Positions 23,048 through 39,032 of a DNA stretch of 64,000 nt are shown in pieces (position 1 is the stretch's first letter; the number at the start of each line of letters is the position of its first letter). The notes under the pieces were generated by a model. The model saw only the letters and a program-made list of their open reading frames with translations. It was not told where the DNA came from and did not search any database. Origin of the DNA: Eledone cirrhosa (Eukaryota); the NCBI GenBank assembly GCA_964016885.1, contig OZ024741.1, forward strand, positions 33,170,001-33,234,000. Direction: 5' to 3'. The position numbers were made by a program, and so were the translations under genes.

Positions 23048-26000
23048 AAATCGCATTTCTCTTGGAGTTGCGAACTTAATAATGATTTATTTAATTGTTA
23101 TAAAATGGCAGAAAACAATCCCTCCATTGGCTATATGAACATAATGAAGCTACACTGGGACGAAATGTACCCAGAGTTAAATTATTTCACAGCGAAACAA
23201 TTACGCCAACAAGCGACGTTTGTTGAACGTAAAAATAAGATAAATATTATTAATTATAAGTCCCCACAACAAACATGTTATCAACAACACGTGCCACAGG
23301 TCGCCATGTTACTAGACTTCCTAGCAGCCAGGTCGAACAGTGTCTTGAAACACCTATGCCTGTAAGAAACTTGACACCACGTGTACCATCTAATGCTGGG
23401 GAAAACACTATCGATAATAATAATAATCGAAGAAATAATAATAATAATCGAAGAAATTTGACACCACGTGTACCATCCGAGTCTACCTCGACTATTGTGG
23501 AAAATACTATCGATAATGATAATAATCAAAAGAATAAACAATTGAAAATTTCCCTCAACGAAATCTTCCAGAGAAATATATAAATATCTCTCTTGCTGAA
23601 CGTATTAAAACGACAATGTTTAATAAAAAAACAAATAATGAAATATTACGTGTTATTGACGAAATAGGGGATGAATATTTACGACGGATAAAAACCCCAA
23701 CATTTTGGCAAATCAACGCCTGTTTATATGCCTTAGCAACGACAGTGAAGCATTATCTTGGTGATAGCAGAGATATTAAGAAGAACAAAACACCAACAAA
23801 AATACCATCATATATAACTAAAATAGAAAAAAAGATTGCTGACCTACGAAAAAACATAGGATATGTGACAATGCTCCTTACATGCAAACAAACAGGAAAA
23901 AAAACCTCACTCATCACCAACAATGAGTGAAAAATAAAATAGAGACGATGTGTAGTAACAGTAGAATCAGAACTCTCCAATATAAGCTGATCACCCTCAA
24001 ACAAGAATTGAGAGCTGTTAGCGAAAAACACCGATACCTGAAGAAGGTAGATGAGAGAAAGACATAGATTCCTTTTGGAGAAAAATATGGGGTGAAAAGA
24101 AGAATTTCAATCAAGGTGCAGTGTGGCTAAGAGAAATCCGAAAGAACTATTGCTTCTACACTACAACAAAAACATATGAAATAAGTGAGGGTACCCTTGA
24201 GACTGTGATAGGAAAACTCCAAGATAAGAAAACACCAGGAAGAGATATGATTGTCGGCTACTGGTACAAAAAACTCATATTCTATCGGAGGTATCTTACT
24301 GACCTCTACCAACAAGTTCTTAAGGGAGATACACTTATACCAGAATGGTTGACATTAGCACAAACATTACTGGTCCCCAAGAAAAAAGGCACCCACTTGG
24401 AAAACAATTACCGACCCATTGCATGCCAGTACCTGATGTATAAGATGTATACAGCCTGCCTGAACCTATTCCTCCAAGATCACTGTGAAAATAATAACAT
24501 CATCACAGATGAACAAGCAGCTGGAAAAAAAGGGGTTTGGGGATGTGCTGAACAACTCATAATCAACAAAACTGCGATGTCGGAGGTGCGACAACATAGG
24601 AGGAATATGACTACAGTCTGGCTGGACTACAGGAAAGATTTCGATTCTGTTCCTCACTCTTGGATGATAGAAGCCCTCCAACTTGCTAAAGTCCCAGACA
24701 AAATATTGCAGGGGTATATTTCAGGGGGACAGTCTCTCTGTGATATTATTCATCTTGTCATTAAACCCCTTGTCCTTTCTGCTCAAGAAATGTAAGGCAT
24801 ACCTCATTGGCTCACAGGAGGACAGAAATACGAACCTAACCCATAATTTCTTTGTGGGCGATCTGAAACTCTATGCCAAGAACATGGATGGGATGAAGAA
24901 AAATCTTGACCTGGTTACAACGTTCTCAAAGGATATAGGAATGGAGTTTGGCCAAGATATATGCTCATGCATGACTGTAAAGCTGGGAAAAACAACAACC
25001 CAATCTCGCAACATAGTCATCAATGGCCTAACTGTTTCACCGATATCTGATGAGGACTGCTACAGATACCTGGGGATAGATGAGAACATATCCTATAATG
25101 GTATCTGTAATAAAGAACGCGTAACCAGGGAATACTACACCCGATTAAGAAAGATCTGGTAATCGGAACTCTCTGCGCAAAGCAAAACAGTGGCTCACAA
25201 TGTGTTTGCTGTGCCTGTCCTAACACCAACGTTTGGAATACTCAATTGGACGATAGACGAAATCCGAACAGTTGATGTTGGAACTCGAAAAATACTAAAC
25301 AACACCGGAACTTCCACATCAACAGTGACATAGACCGCCTTTACTTGAAACGTAAGCAGGGAGGCAGAGTCCTAACATCAGTCCAGACAACATTTGACTG
25401 TCGCATCATATCTCTCCGACAACATCTACGAACCTCGAAGCGTTGGAGCCCATTTCTCGAGCAAGTCTATCTGCTTGAAACACATAAGATCATGAGAGTT
25501 TGGAAGGAACTCCTCGAGAGATATTCCCTGTGTGATAATCAAAAACTCACACCCAGGAAAGTCGCTCAGCAGTATCGCAGTGAATCCATGGACGAAAAAC
25601 TGCATGCTTATCAGCAAAAAATCATGCATGGATATGTTGCCAGGAAGCTCCAGAGTGAGAGTAATATAGATAAGGAAAGTAGTCTATCTTGGACCAACAA
25701 CCGCTATATTGGCTCCCATTTTGAAGGATACGCTTTTGCAATCCAAGAACAGGAGATTAACACGAAATACCTGATTCACAAAAGAGATAGGGATGCAGGC
25801 AAAACACCTAGATGTGATAACAAGTGCAAACTCTGCAGAACTAACATCGAGGATATCACCCATGTCATCAGCAGCTGTCCAAAGATGTCATCGCGGTACT
25901 ATCTACCTATGAAGCATGATGTAGTGACCAAAACACTGTACAATGCAGTTCGTAAAAAGGATAGCCCCGATAATAAACACATTAAAAGCTACAGCAATGT

Positions 26001-26420
26001 GGAAGACATCCATGTACATAATATGCAAGAATACTGGTGGAATGTTCCAGTAAAAACCCCAATAAAATGCAGGCATGACAGACCAGATATTATGATATGG
26101 GACAGGGAGAAGAAAGCATGCACAGTAGTGGAAATTAGCTGCCCAGCAGATGCCAATATAATATCAAAGTTTAGTGAAAAGGAGAATATTTATGCAGAAC
26201 TGATGAGAAATCTGCAGATACTCCACCCTTATTACACCTTCAGATATATGCCTGTGATTATTGGGGCACTGGGGTATGTTAGTAACTGCCTCAATACAAA
26301 TGTTGATAAGCTAGGCTTCACAGGAACAGAAAGAACACAACTAGTTAGGAAATTATAAGTACACTCGATTAATGGAACAGTAAAAATATGTAAAACATTC
26401 CAGAAATGTTGCATCTAATA
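23048..26420 (+). mobile_element. Decayed R4/Dong-like non-LTR element (RT + CCHC + restriction-like endonuclease)
   Basis: KTPGRD, NYRPIAC, WLDYRKDFDSVPH, RGIFQGDSLS, FVGDLKLY (catalytic D to G), YRYLG, CKLC..HVISSC, KHD, RPDI..VEISCP. Multiple stops and frameshifts and a deletion near 24704. The 5' flank is (CATA)n. Confidence 0.85.
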
Positions 26421-26657
26421 ACTGCATATACACATGTACAGATGCAAAGCATATACACATGCGCACATACAACTCAAAACATACACATCCACACATACAA
26501 TAATATCTATATCTACACATGCATGCATGCAGACATACATACATATCTACCTAGTTGATGTGTAAATTCCAATGAGAGAGTCTTGTGTCTATGTTAGAAA
26601 GCGACTCTCTCTCTATTGATAAAACTTTGTGAAATTATAAAACCAGAAGAACATACA

Positions 26658-26725
<68 letters not shown>

Positions 26726-26739
26726 TAAACATATATATG

Positions 26740-26778
<39 letters not shown>

Positions 26779-27099
26779 TGGCTGCCAACTCGTTTTCGAG
26801 TACGGCCACTACTTTATATCCATGTAGGAGAACCCCTACCGATACGCTGAACGAGTGTGACTTTTTAGTCCAGCCAGCGACTTGAAAACTCTGGTACAAA
26901 CACTACACTTGTGACAATTATTGACACATAGTGCTGGGCCCATGGTACCATGTGACGACAAGTGCAGAGAGATCTCCAGATATAAAGCAATGCCTGTGCC
27001 GTGAAGCTTTTATAGTGAGCAAAGGCACTGCACAAAACCAGTCCCATTCTCTTAACCAAGATGATATTTACCAAAAAGAAGAACAAGTCAACATCATTG

Positions 27100-27385
27100 G
27101 ATACCATCAGGGTTGCAGGTGTTATATCAGAGTTTTCCTTCTCCTAGAATTCTGCCTTGACAAAGGCTAAGGGGTCATCTCTCCCGGTGATTTTGGATGG
27201 CCATTGACTCTTAAGAGCTCCTTTGCCCTTTGACAGGTTTTGTTTTTAGTCCTGCAGGATGTCCAAAGTCACCTTTCTCACCAAGAAACCTTGGTGGGGT
27301 TGCCAGATTAGTCGCCAACGACCCGACCATGAGACAGGTTGTACTGGGATACATGTTACCAGTAGCACCAACTGGTGACCTGACA
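27100..27385 (-). mobile_element. Possible RTE-type 5' UTR fragment / non-autonomous element
   Basis: The minus strand has aaggca..ctaggagaaggaaaactctga, which resembles a motif I recall from RTE 5' UTRs. No ORF follows. Confidence 0.3.
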
Positions 27386-27413
27386 TACATATATATATAA
27401 ATATATATATATA

Positions 27414-28397
<984 letters not shown>

Positions 28398-28429
28398 CAA
28401 GTGGAAGGTTATTAAAATCGAAGTTATGG

Positions 28430-29104
28430 CAAAAATATTAACTACAACATTTCTAGGAGGAAGGTTTGCAACGCCTCTCCTTCCCTATCCAGAACATGTA
28501 ATCTCTGCCTAGCCGAGAAATTTACCGTTATCTCTAATTTTAATTCTATAATAAATAGACGTACGGATTTATTTTCGCTCTGCTTGCATAAATCCAAAAG
28601 AACTTTCCATAAAGTATACAGCTAATATCTCACTACCTAATTAGCTTAAAATCTTCTTTTCTCAAACGCTTTTATATCTTTTACAAATATACCCATCTTT
28701 CTACCTTATTTCAGTATATTATATTATACAATTTACTCATTCTATGTCGTTAGCGGTCCCCTATTTTTCTTCTTTTTTATTCTTTTTTCCTTTTTTCCTT
28801 TTTTCTTTTTTTTCTTTTTTAATTTCTAATCTTTAATCTGTAACTTTTACTTCTCAATTACTTCTTAATTCATATTATTACTCACTATAGCATTTTCCTT
28901 ATATTCTTGGCCATACAAACTATATTTTTAATATATACTAATATTACCATTAGTAAATTTTCTTAATTCCTTTTTCTTTAATCATAAACATCACCATTCA
29001 TAAACCTCATTAACTTTTAATTTCAAATTTTTTTAAAATTATGTATTATCTTACAACGGTTTTTTTTTTTATTTCTCTCTGTGAGACAGTGTTTCTCAGT
29101 ATTG

Positions 29105-29196
<92 letters not shown>

Positions 29197-29490
29197 CTAT
29201 CTCACTCATTTTCTCCTCCTCTCTCATCCTGCCTTCTTATACTCCTCCCCCGTCATCCTTTATTTTCTTTCATCCTCTTCCTTATCTTTTCCTTCCCCCT
29301 TCCTTCTTCTTTTCCCAATCTCATATATCCATCTTATTTTATTTTTCATATGTAGATTTAACACTTCACTGCTCGCAAGTGTTTTTCTCCCTGTTTTATC
29401 TGATGAGAACGCAAGCATCATCCCATGAATATATTTATTTTTTAAATGCGCATAATAAAATACATGGAACTCTTTTAACTATCTTTTGAT
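28430..29490 (+). mobile_element. Penelope-like 3' fragment with decayed terminal hammerhead
   Basis: 28491-28625 reads RTCNLCLAEKFTVISNFNSIINRRTDLFSLCLHKSKRTFHKVYS*. At 29392-29462: tgttttat-CTGATGA...(t)AAATGCGCATA-ataaaata, with G12 lost. Confidence 0.7.
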
Positions 29491-29750
29491 CTTATATTAT
29501 ATATATATATATATTGAGGGTGAAAGACCGAAGCGCACTAATGCTATTTTTTGGATGTGTATGTTTCAAAAGATGTTTTTTTCTTGAGAAGTTAAGAAAT
29601 TCTTAATATATTCTATTCTCTATAATTTTACTTTACAGCTTTTTTTTTTTATTTATTTATTATATATAAAAATTAAATGATAGTATTATAGTTGTGGCTA
29701 GGCCCCTTTGTCTCCTCCTGGCAACCAATATTTTTAGACCCAGTCGGCCA

Positions 29751-29870
<120 letters not shown>

Positions 29871-29877
29871 ATATGTA

Positions 29878-29915
<38 letters not shown>

Positions 29916-30431
29916 AAATTCGATAAAAGAATTCGGAGATATGTGAAGAAAGTTTGAAAAGAGACCTATACACAAATATCTGATTAATTCTAAGTGTTTC
30001 AGTTGTTATTGTTATATTTATATATACCAAATGATGAAAGAAGTTATTCTTCGAAGCGTGTAATGTTGAAAATATATAAATGTATCTATTGTACCTTTTT
30101 AATAGTTTACTGTCAAATCTTTACAACTCACGGACTAAATATTTTATTGTAAACTTCGAAATGTATACTACTGATTTCCATAACCCGTGTGCCTAGAGGG
30201 AATCGCTGCAGACATTGTCTTTGTACACTGTGACTAGAAGCAAGATATGTACACATAATATGTGTGTGTATGTGTGTGTGTCTGAATATATATATATATA
30301 TATATAATATACATATGAATACACACACAAACATATGTGTACACATATTGATTCTAGTATATATATATATATCATATGCGTGTGTGTGTGTATGAATATG
30401 TACACATAAAATGTTTGTGTGCGTATTTACG

Positions 30432-30526
<95 letters not shown>

Positions 30527-31110
30527 TTGTGTGTAATCAGTTTCCATATGCAGATCGGAGTGTTTGCATATGTTGGCTTCTGAGGGTGTATATTTGTGTG
30601 TGTGTTTATGAGAATGTACGTGTGTGGCGGTCTCCACTGATGTTGTATCTTTTTTAATAAGGATGTACAACTACACATTTAAATATATTGAGAAACAACA
30701 CGATTTATATTGCTAGACATTTAAACACGGTATCTAATAAAGAGAGATTTTATTAGATATTTTACTTATTGTCTACTAATATACATTGTTTTATTTCCCT
30801 GTATATTTAAGCTAAACACATATTTAAATAGCTTTAACGTCTAGGAAATCTTTACAATTTTTCCACAATATCGAGCCCTCTGTGTTCAAAAGTTATATAT
30901 GAAACATTTGCAATATTATGGAGTAGAATTACTATATTTATCAAACCCTTTTTCAATGTAGTAATTTTCTCTGACAATATTAATAATTAACATTACAAGA
31001 ATAAAGGAATCTATATTTAAATCAAGATAAAGATAAAAAGAATAAGAAATAAGTTGAAAAGATAAAGCTGGAAAGCAGTTGTTGTTTAAATGGCTACTAC
31101 CTCCATTTGA

Positions 31111-31435
31111 AGGCGCATGGCTTACTGGTTAGAGTATTGGGCTTGGTTTTGAGTTCGATTCTCGGACCGGGTGATACGTTGTGTCCTTGAGCAAGACACT
31201 TTATTTCACGTTGCTCCAGTTCACTCAGCTGTAGAAATGAGTTGCGACGTCACTGGTGCCAAGCTGTATCGGCCATTGCCATTCCCTTGAACAACATCGG
31301 TGGTGTGGAGAGCGGAGGCTGGTATGCATCAACGACTGCTGTCCTTCCAGAAACAACCTTATCCAGTCTTGTGTCTCGGAGGGAAACTTTCTAGGTGTAA
31401 ATACCATGGTCATTCGTGACCGAAGGGGATCTTCA
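31111..31435 (+). mobile_element. tRNA-derived CORE-type SINE
   Basis: A box tggcttactgg, B box gagttcgattc, and CORE-like tgtgtccttgagcaagacacttta..cagctgtagaaatgagt. Confidence 0.75.
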
Positions 31436-32094
31436 CCTACCTCCATTTGGCTATTAGGATAGGAGGTGGACAAATCAACAAGGTAGCAGTAAGAGCAGAG
31501 GGAAGTGATGAACTAATTGTTTCTGTCCAGAGACTATGTTGAAAAATATACCTCTTGTTCAGCCTATGAAGGAATGATGCTAGGGCTGTGAAATCTTGCA
31601 TGCATTGATTTCATCTCTTATTAGTAACTGCATTGTTTCTTTCCAGGTACTATGTTGAAAAATAAACCTCATTTGGTCATTCCATGAGAGTATCTTGGTC
31701 AGCCTATGAACTTTTCAGCTTATGATTTTTTACAGCCGACAGTCGTATAGTGCCAGTACAAAAATATGGAGTGCATTGGATGCAGAATAGAATGTTTATA
31801 CAGCAAATGCAATACTACTAATTACAATACCGAATAGTTTACAGCCGACCCTCGTATAGGAATGCATTATATCTATTTATATGTTCTTGTTTAAGACGGT
31901 CAAGTGAGATATGGGGGAGATTTGGCTGTTATTTTTAAGAGTTGGTGAGACTATGTAGGGGATACTCGCCTAGTAGTTGATAAAATTGAAGTCGAAAATC
32001 AGAGGTATCTATTTTATGGAACTGGCTTGCAATGTATATTTGTTTTTTGTTTGTTTAAATGTATATGTGGTGTGGTAAATAAATATATACAAAT

Positions 32095-32495
32095 AGATTA
32101 GGTCTGAACATAATGGAACCAAACTCCCACTGTCACTGCCCCCGTCTCTCTCGCTCTCCACATCTCTCACTATTATAAGCAAATGGGGGCCCACGCGTTG
32201 ATATCGTCCGTATCACTTCATAATTTTCTAATATATATACATATATATTACGTCTGAACATAATGGAATCACATGGGGGCCCACGAGCTGGCCTCCTTGT
32301 GGCCCCGGCAGACAGAACAGAGAAGGCATTTCCCCAGAGGATGGTGAGAGAAACGCGTTTGAAGAGCCATTCCAGCTCGCGTGGCTCACACTTACGGGTA
32401 GCCAACTCCGTGCCGATGGTGGCGAGTAGGGAGGTGGTCCTAGGGCCATGGACATCAGATGTCTCCACCACTAAGTGTCTGTTGTTCTTTATCAC
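32095..32495 (-). mobile_element. CRE-like (REL endonuclease) non-LTR 3' fragment with 3' UTR
   Basis: VVETS..WLFKRVSLTILWGNAFSVL matches the CRE-type C-terminal QR(L/I)S..(R)GNA motif. Homologous to 60090-60770. Confidence 0.65.
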
Positions 32496-32798
32496 CTAGT
32501 TTTCATATCTCTTTCCCATACGATGGCTTGTTATTGTTTCGATTGTAATTAGCTAAAATATCTCCGAAGTGAAACGAAGCTTGGGATTCTCATAGAAGAA
32601 GAAAGATATTTGGAATTTTATTTTTTTATGAAAGCAAGCAAACAAGAATGAATTAATAAAAACAATTACTGGGTTATATGTAATTATTGATGCAACTTAT
32701 CCAGACTGTTCAGTGATAACTTGATAAAAATTCGTTTCGTATCTTTTTCTGGCCTCAGAACGACGTACTTAACGAAAACGATTGCATAGAGGAAGACC

Positions 32799-33712
<914 letters not shown>

Positions 33713-33910
33713 TCAATATATCGGTTGCACTTGTATTTTTCTTGTTTACCTTCTCGAATTTACTAATCCATACATAAAAAATATATTTCTCTTACAAATC
33801 TCTCGTTGCAACTTCTGTTGATTACAACTTCACGTGTTTTATTTTAACTACCTGACTGTCAGAAACATAGATGTATATTATAATATAACCATCCATAGTT
33901 ATTATTTGTT

Positions 33911-34090
33911 GGATTTGCAGTATCGGGAGAGGGTCGGACGCCATGCTTTGACGCATTGAGTTACGGCTATTCTGAGTTCAAATCCCGCCGAGGTTAACTT
34001 TGCCTTTCATCCTTACAGGGTCGATAAAATAAAGTACCAGTAATACACTAGGTAATTGCTGGCCTTGTGCCAAAAAAGTAGAAACAATTA
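33911..34090 (+). mobile_element. tRNA-derived SINE (major family) with 9-bp TSD attatttgt
   Basis: B box gagttcaaatcc and body ttaactttgcctttcatcc..gtcgataaaataaagtaccag. TSD at 33901-33909 and 34087-34095. Confidence 0.8.
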
Positions 34091-34717
34091 TTTGTATAAC
34101 ATGTATTTAATTTCGACTATATTCGTCTTAACCTTCTTTATATTTCAATATAATATATCTATCTCTCTCTATATATATATATACATATATATATACATAT
34201 ATATATATATAAATATAAGTATGTATACGTACATACATATATGTATACAAACGTACAGTAGTATGTATATATGTATATATATATATATATATATAGTTTC
34301 AAGCTTATAACTAGTACAGCGTTCCTTTGTCAGTGTTGAACAAATGAGCGACTGCTTAATTCGGGATGTTTGTTTACAAACACACCGAGCATTATAATAA
34401 ATGTTCGGTGAATCCATACGTACATATATATATATGCATGTATATATATATATATACATACTACTGTACGTCTGTATACATATATGTATGTACGTATACA
34501 TACTTATATTTAAGTAACAGCCGTACTAAGAGTGAGAAATGAAATTTCCTTTCATTTTTTCCGTTTATATATATATATATATATAGTTAGGGAAGCAGAA
34601 AATTGCTTATTGTGATCCAGTTCTTGGTTAGGAAAGCCAGTTTCATGGATGGTTTCAACGTACGGTTAGGGGTAACTCCACAAGTTTGTAAGAATTCCGT
34701 TCAATCTTGGAGTATAA

Positions 34718-34808
34718 AGTATAAAAGAGAAAACACAGGTAAGCATTAAGAGAATACCTGGATAAAATCCTTCTCTTAATGCTTACCTGTGGTTTCTCTT
34801 TTATACTA
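34718..34808. repeat. ~37-bp inverted repeat (fold-back) containing a CAG|GTAAG splice-donor-like motif
   Basis: agtataaaagagaaaacacaggtaagcattaagagaa / ttctcttaatgcttacctgtggtttctcttttatact. Confidence 0.75.
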
Positions 34809-35531
34809 TATATATATATATATATATATATAGTTTTAAATAGTATTAAAACTGTTATACTCTGCTATGTATTGAGTACCTTACTTACTGTGGTTACCTC
34901 CGATTCAACCCGGAATAACGTATATATATATATATATATATATATATTTACACATATTTTTCCCCCGCTGTGACCCGTCTATTTCGTTCTTACTGCTTCC
35001 TCTTTCTCTGTATCTTTACCCTCTCTAATAGTCACTCTCTCTGTTAGCCTCTTCCCCACCCTTCACTCACTCACTCTCTGTTACTACCTCTCCTCCTCCT
35101 CCTTCTTCCCGTTTGACCTGTGCGTAATTCTTTTCTTTCGCACCCTTGGTCAGGCAGGTCGCTTTTTCTCTCTCGTCTACGATTTCACAGAACTTACGTT
35201 CACCGAATTCACAGACTAGATCCCTTCTTCCTCCCGTTAGACCTGTACGGAATTCCTTCCTTGCTCACATTCCAACCAGGTTTGATGGTCTTTATTCTCT
35301 CTCGTTCACGATTTCACCGAACTTATATACATGGAAATTTGGGACTTGACTCCTTCTTCCTCACTTTTCGTTGCTTCACCATCTTTGTTTGTTTACACTC
35401 TCGTGTCCCCTTTATTTACGTGTCCCAACGACTTTTTTTAGCCGTTGCTCGCACCAACCGGAGGTATATGGTCTTTAAAGCGATGAAATACCAATGATGG
35501 TTGGAAGATCACTGATGAAGGACTAACTTTA

Positions 35532-35676
<145 letters not shown>

Positions 35677-35684
35677 GGTTACAC

Positions 35685-36180
35685 AACAGTTAGTTCACCA
35701 TACCGAGAACAATTGTTTCACCTTCGCGGATCTTCAGCTCGGGATGTGTATGGTTATAGGAACAGGAAGGACAACCGTACGAACGCGCATGCGCAGAAAC
35801 TCGGTCACTTCACACAGGCAATACTAGACTGCGTACGGGAGGTGTAAGGGAGATAACTGCGAAAGTCCGGAAAGTTTTTAGGTTGAAAATAAAATTAAAA
35901 AAATTAAAATTAAAATTACAAAGAATCAGTCTGGAGCCTTAGTTATGCAATAGATGTTTGGTGACGTGTGGACAACGTGTGAAAAATTCACTCCTCGTGT
36001 TTAGGCAATCACTATTGCGTAATCTCTTTAGGATAGTTCGTCAATACATAAGCCACACGTCGGATTTCCCCTTGCGTATGGCTTGGACTTAGTGGTGGCT
36101 TTCCATTGAATGGAGTAGCCTATACTTGAGTCCTTGAGGGACCATACGTGGCTCGCGAGTTTCGTGGATGAACGTCTGTC

Positions 36181-36183
<3 letters not shown>
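35685..36183 (-). mobile_element. Penelope-like 3' fragment (GIY-YIG C-terminus + terminal repeat)
   Basis: STKLASHVWSLKD..IQWK..PY..CGLCIDE, then frameshifted CLNTRSEFFTRCPH..*. A hammerhead lies ~200 nt downstream of the stop. Confidence 0.85.
35703..35742 (-). ncRNA. Minimal type I hammerhead ribozyme (GUU site, palindromic stem III)
   Basis: ccgag-CUGAAGA-u-cc-gcgaa-gg-u-GAAACAAUUGUU-cucgg. Confidence 0.85.
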
Positions 36184-36240
<57 letters not shown>

Positions 36241-36589
36241 GGTCGGGGATTGTCTGAATAAGTAGAGCGTTGGATAAACTGTTACTGTGGTATTTGTTCT
36301 GTCTCTGAGTTCAAATCCCAGCGATGTCAACTTTACCTTTCATCCACCCCAGGTAAAAAAAAATTAGGTACCAGTCAATTACTAGGGTTGATTTAACCAA
36401 CGTTGCCTTTCCCCACAAAATTGTGCCTAAATTATATATATATATAAGATATTTATATATAATATGTTCCTCTATAAAACTGAATATATATTTACTTTTC
36501 TTGTTATTGGGCTGTCTGCTAGAAGGGTTTACGCAAAATATATGTATTCATTATGCTTACAAAATATTTACTTCCTTCTGCTGCCCTCC

Positions 36590-36810
36590 AATCTGAAGAG
36601 GGTATACTGTCCAAGTATCGCTCGCTCATGGGTAGGTTTGTGGCAGAGCCTGTAGCAATGGAGACTTATCCCTACTCACTGCTATCAGAGCTGAGTTGGC
36701 AGCCCGCAGGTGCGAGCCTCGCGAAATGGAGTGGCTGTTTCAACGCGTCTCCCTCGCCGGCCACCATGGCAATGAATTCTCCATCCTGTTGACCGGGACC
36801 CAGCGCCAGA
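36590..36810 (+). mobile_element. CRE-like 3' fragment
   Basis: KYRSL..EPVAMET, then a shifted frame ELAARRCEPREMEWLFQRVSLA..GNEFSIL. Confidence 0.6.
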
Positions 36811-36937
36811 GGGTCAATTAGTTGGTGGTGGAGGATATTCGTTCGGACGTCACTTTTTCTCCCTTCCTCCATATCTATCTAAAACACATCCACTTGTTTC
36901 TAACTGCGTTTGAACTCCCTCGCTGGCTCTATCATGA

Positions 36938-37580
36938 GTATAGCTCGTGCATGTGTATATAACTGGTATATATAGCTTGTGCATGTGTATATAACTGGTA
37001 TATATGGATTGTGCATGCGTATGTAACTGGTATATATAGCTCGTGCATGTGTATATAACTGGTAAATATAGTTAGTGCATGTGTATATAACTGGTATATA
37101 TAGCTAGTGCATGTGTATATAACTGGTATATATAGCTAGTGCATTGTATATAACTGGTATATATAGCTTGTGCATGTGTATATAACTGGTATATATGGAT
37201 TGTGCATGCGTATGTAACTGGTATATATAGCTCGTGCATGTGTATATAACTGGTAAACATAGTTAGTGCATGTGTATATAACTGGTATATATAGCTAGTG
37301 CATGTGTATATAACTGGTATATATAGCTAGTGCATGTGTATATAACTGGTAAATATAGTTAGTGCATGTGTATATAACTGGTATATATAGCTAGTGCATG
37401 TGTATATAACTGGTAAATATAGTTAGTGCATGTGTATATAACTGGTATATATAGCTTGTGCATGTGTATATAACTGGTAAATATAGTTAGTGCATGTGTA
37501 TATAACTGGTATATATAGCTAGTGCATGCGTATGTAACTGGTAAATATGGCTTGTTCATGCGTATATAACTGGTATATGT
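36938..37580. repeat. 32-bp minisatellite, ~20 copies
   Basis: Unit atagctagtgcatgtgtatataactggtatat; gctagt at 37103 and 37135. Confidence 0.92.
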
Positions 37581-38769
37581 GGTTACAAGTATGACCGAAT
37601 GATTCAGAAGTTCGTATGTTAAGCTTTCGGTTAGTCAAGATGCCTCAAGTTCAATTATATCGTGTGCTAGCTATAGCAAATGTCTTCTGCCATTGCTTCA
37701 GGATCAACAGAACCTTGTGAATCCAGTTAGATTGTTGGAGACTGAATCTATCGAAGTCTTATCTGATAGACTCTACCTGTAATTCAACATGTTCTACTTT
37801 GTCATACGAAGCGCCACGCTAAGTGTACTCGAAGATTACTTTCAAGCAATGATACTGAATCTATGATACGTATGTCAGCAGTGGCATGCCGCGGGTTTCT
37901 AGGTGACATACAATGAACTTGGAAAATATTCTTTCTGCAATATCATGCTCGATTTACAAAAAATAGTAACCAAATCTCTCTCTAATCATACACAATCTTT
38001 ATAAATTAGAAAATCCTTATAAAACCGTCGCGCCCTAGGCCTAAATCCCATCACTCTCCCCCTTCCTTCTATTTTTCTGTGACCCTTGGGTACTTTCCTT
38101 TTCCTTCCTTTTCTGTTTTTAATTATTAATAAAGAAAAATTTCATACATAAAATATATAAATTAGGAAAAATATATTCTGCTTATCGTTAGGAAAAAGAG
38201 CAGTTCTTATGACCATTTCCATAGCCTCCAATACGGGTTAGAGGAAGGGACACATTCTCTTAAAATCGAGGATCTAAATTGAATATTTGCATGAGAGTAA
38301 CCTCCGCTAAAGGGACACAAGAATGGGGTGGCGATGTTGAAATAGACGATGGATTAAGTCTACCACCCAAGTAAGTAACGATAGAATCTAAACTCTGAAC
38401 ACAAAGAGTCTAAAACAAAAACCTTTAGATAACCCATCTGAACCTCTAATGTTTCACAAGTTCACTATCCTAGACTAATACTTCATTTATCGATCCCAGA
38501 AGGCAAAGTTTACTCTGGGGAGATTTTCAACACAAAACCCTAGAAACCAAATTAAATATCGCCAATGCCCTTGAACTACTTCTCCAGCCTTTACTCCTCA
38601 GCTGATAATTTATTGACCGAGGGAGGTTGAAAAGCAAACTTGCCTTCGATGGAATTTTGAAGACAGGATGCAAGCAATATCACAAAATATTTTGTTCGAT
38701 GCTCTAACGATTCTGCGAATTTGATGCCTTTGGTAATTTCCCTAAGTCTAAAGTCTAAAATCTGTGTCA

Positions 38770-39032
38770 AGACCATAGGCTCGTCAGACCGGTGCTTATC
38801 CTGGTTTCCATAGCGTTAAGCGACTGAGAATATAATACTCTCCCCTGGACAGGACGCCAGTCCATCGCAGGGTTAAACTCCCAGTTATTACTGATACTCA
38901 TGTTCAGTTGAGTATGTTAGAGTAACATAAAATGTAGTGTTTTGCTCCAGAACACAATCCAGTCCAGGAATTGAACCCACAACGTTATGGTCATATATCC
39001 AACACCCTTACCACTAAGCCACGCACTTCCAC
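38770..39032 (-). mobile_element. tRNA-derived SINE with CORE-like body
   Basis: A box tggcttagtgg, B box ggttcaattcc, and aaccctgcgatggactggcgtcctgtccagggg. Confidence 0.7.

Noticed and set aside
27300-27365. HDV-like or twister ribozyme at the putative RTE 5' end (also sought at 5700-5850)
   Set aside because: A P4-like hairpin plus CUAA is present, but I could not build P1/P1.1 or the twister pseudoknots.
30030-30070. atgatga-aagaa..ttctt-cgaagc hammerhead-like motif; also lone CTGATGA at ~35512 and ~61666
   Set aside because: Too many core changes, or the GAAA half is missing.
33911-33990. SINE heads as true tRNA genes
   Set aside because: A and B boxes are present but no cloverleaf, and they are followed by SINE bodies and TSDs.
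36938-37580. 32-bp repeats as a CRISPR array
   Set aside because: No spacers, eukaryotic context and no cas genes.
38775-38815. GAAACC..GGTCTGACGAGCC on the minus strand as a permuted hammerhead
   Set aside because: GUC abuts the core with no stem I, and it lies in a SINE tail.
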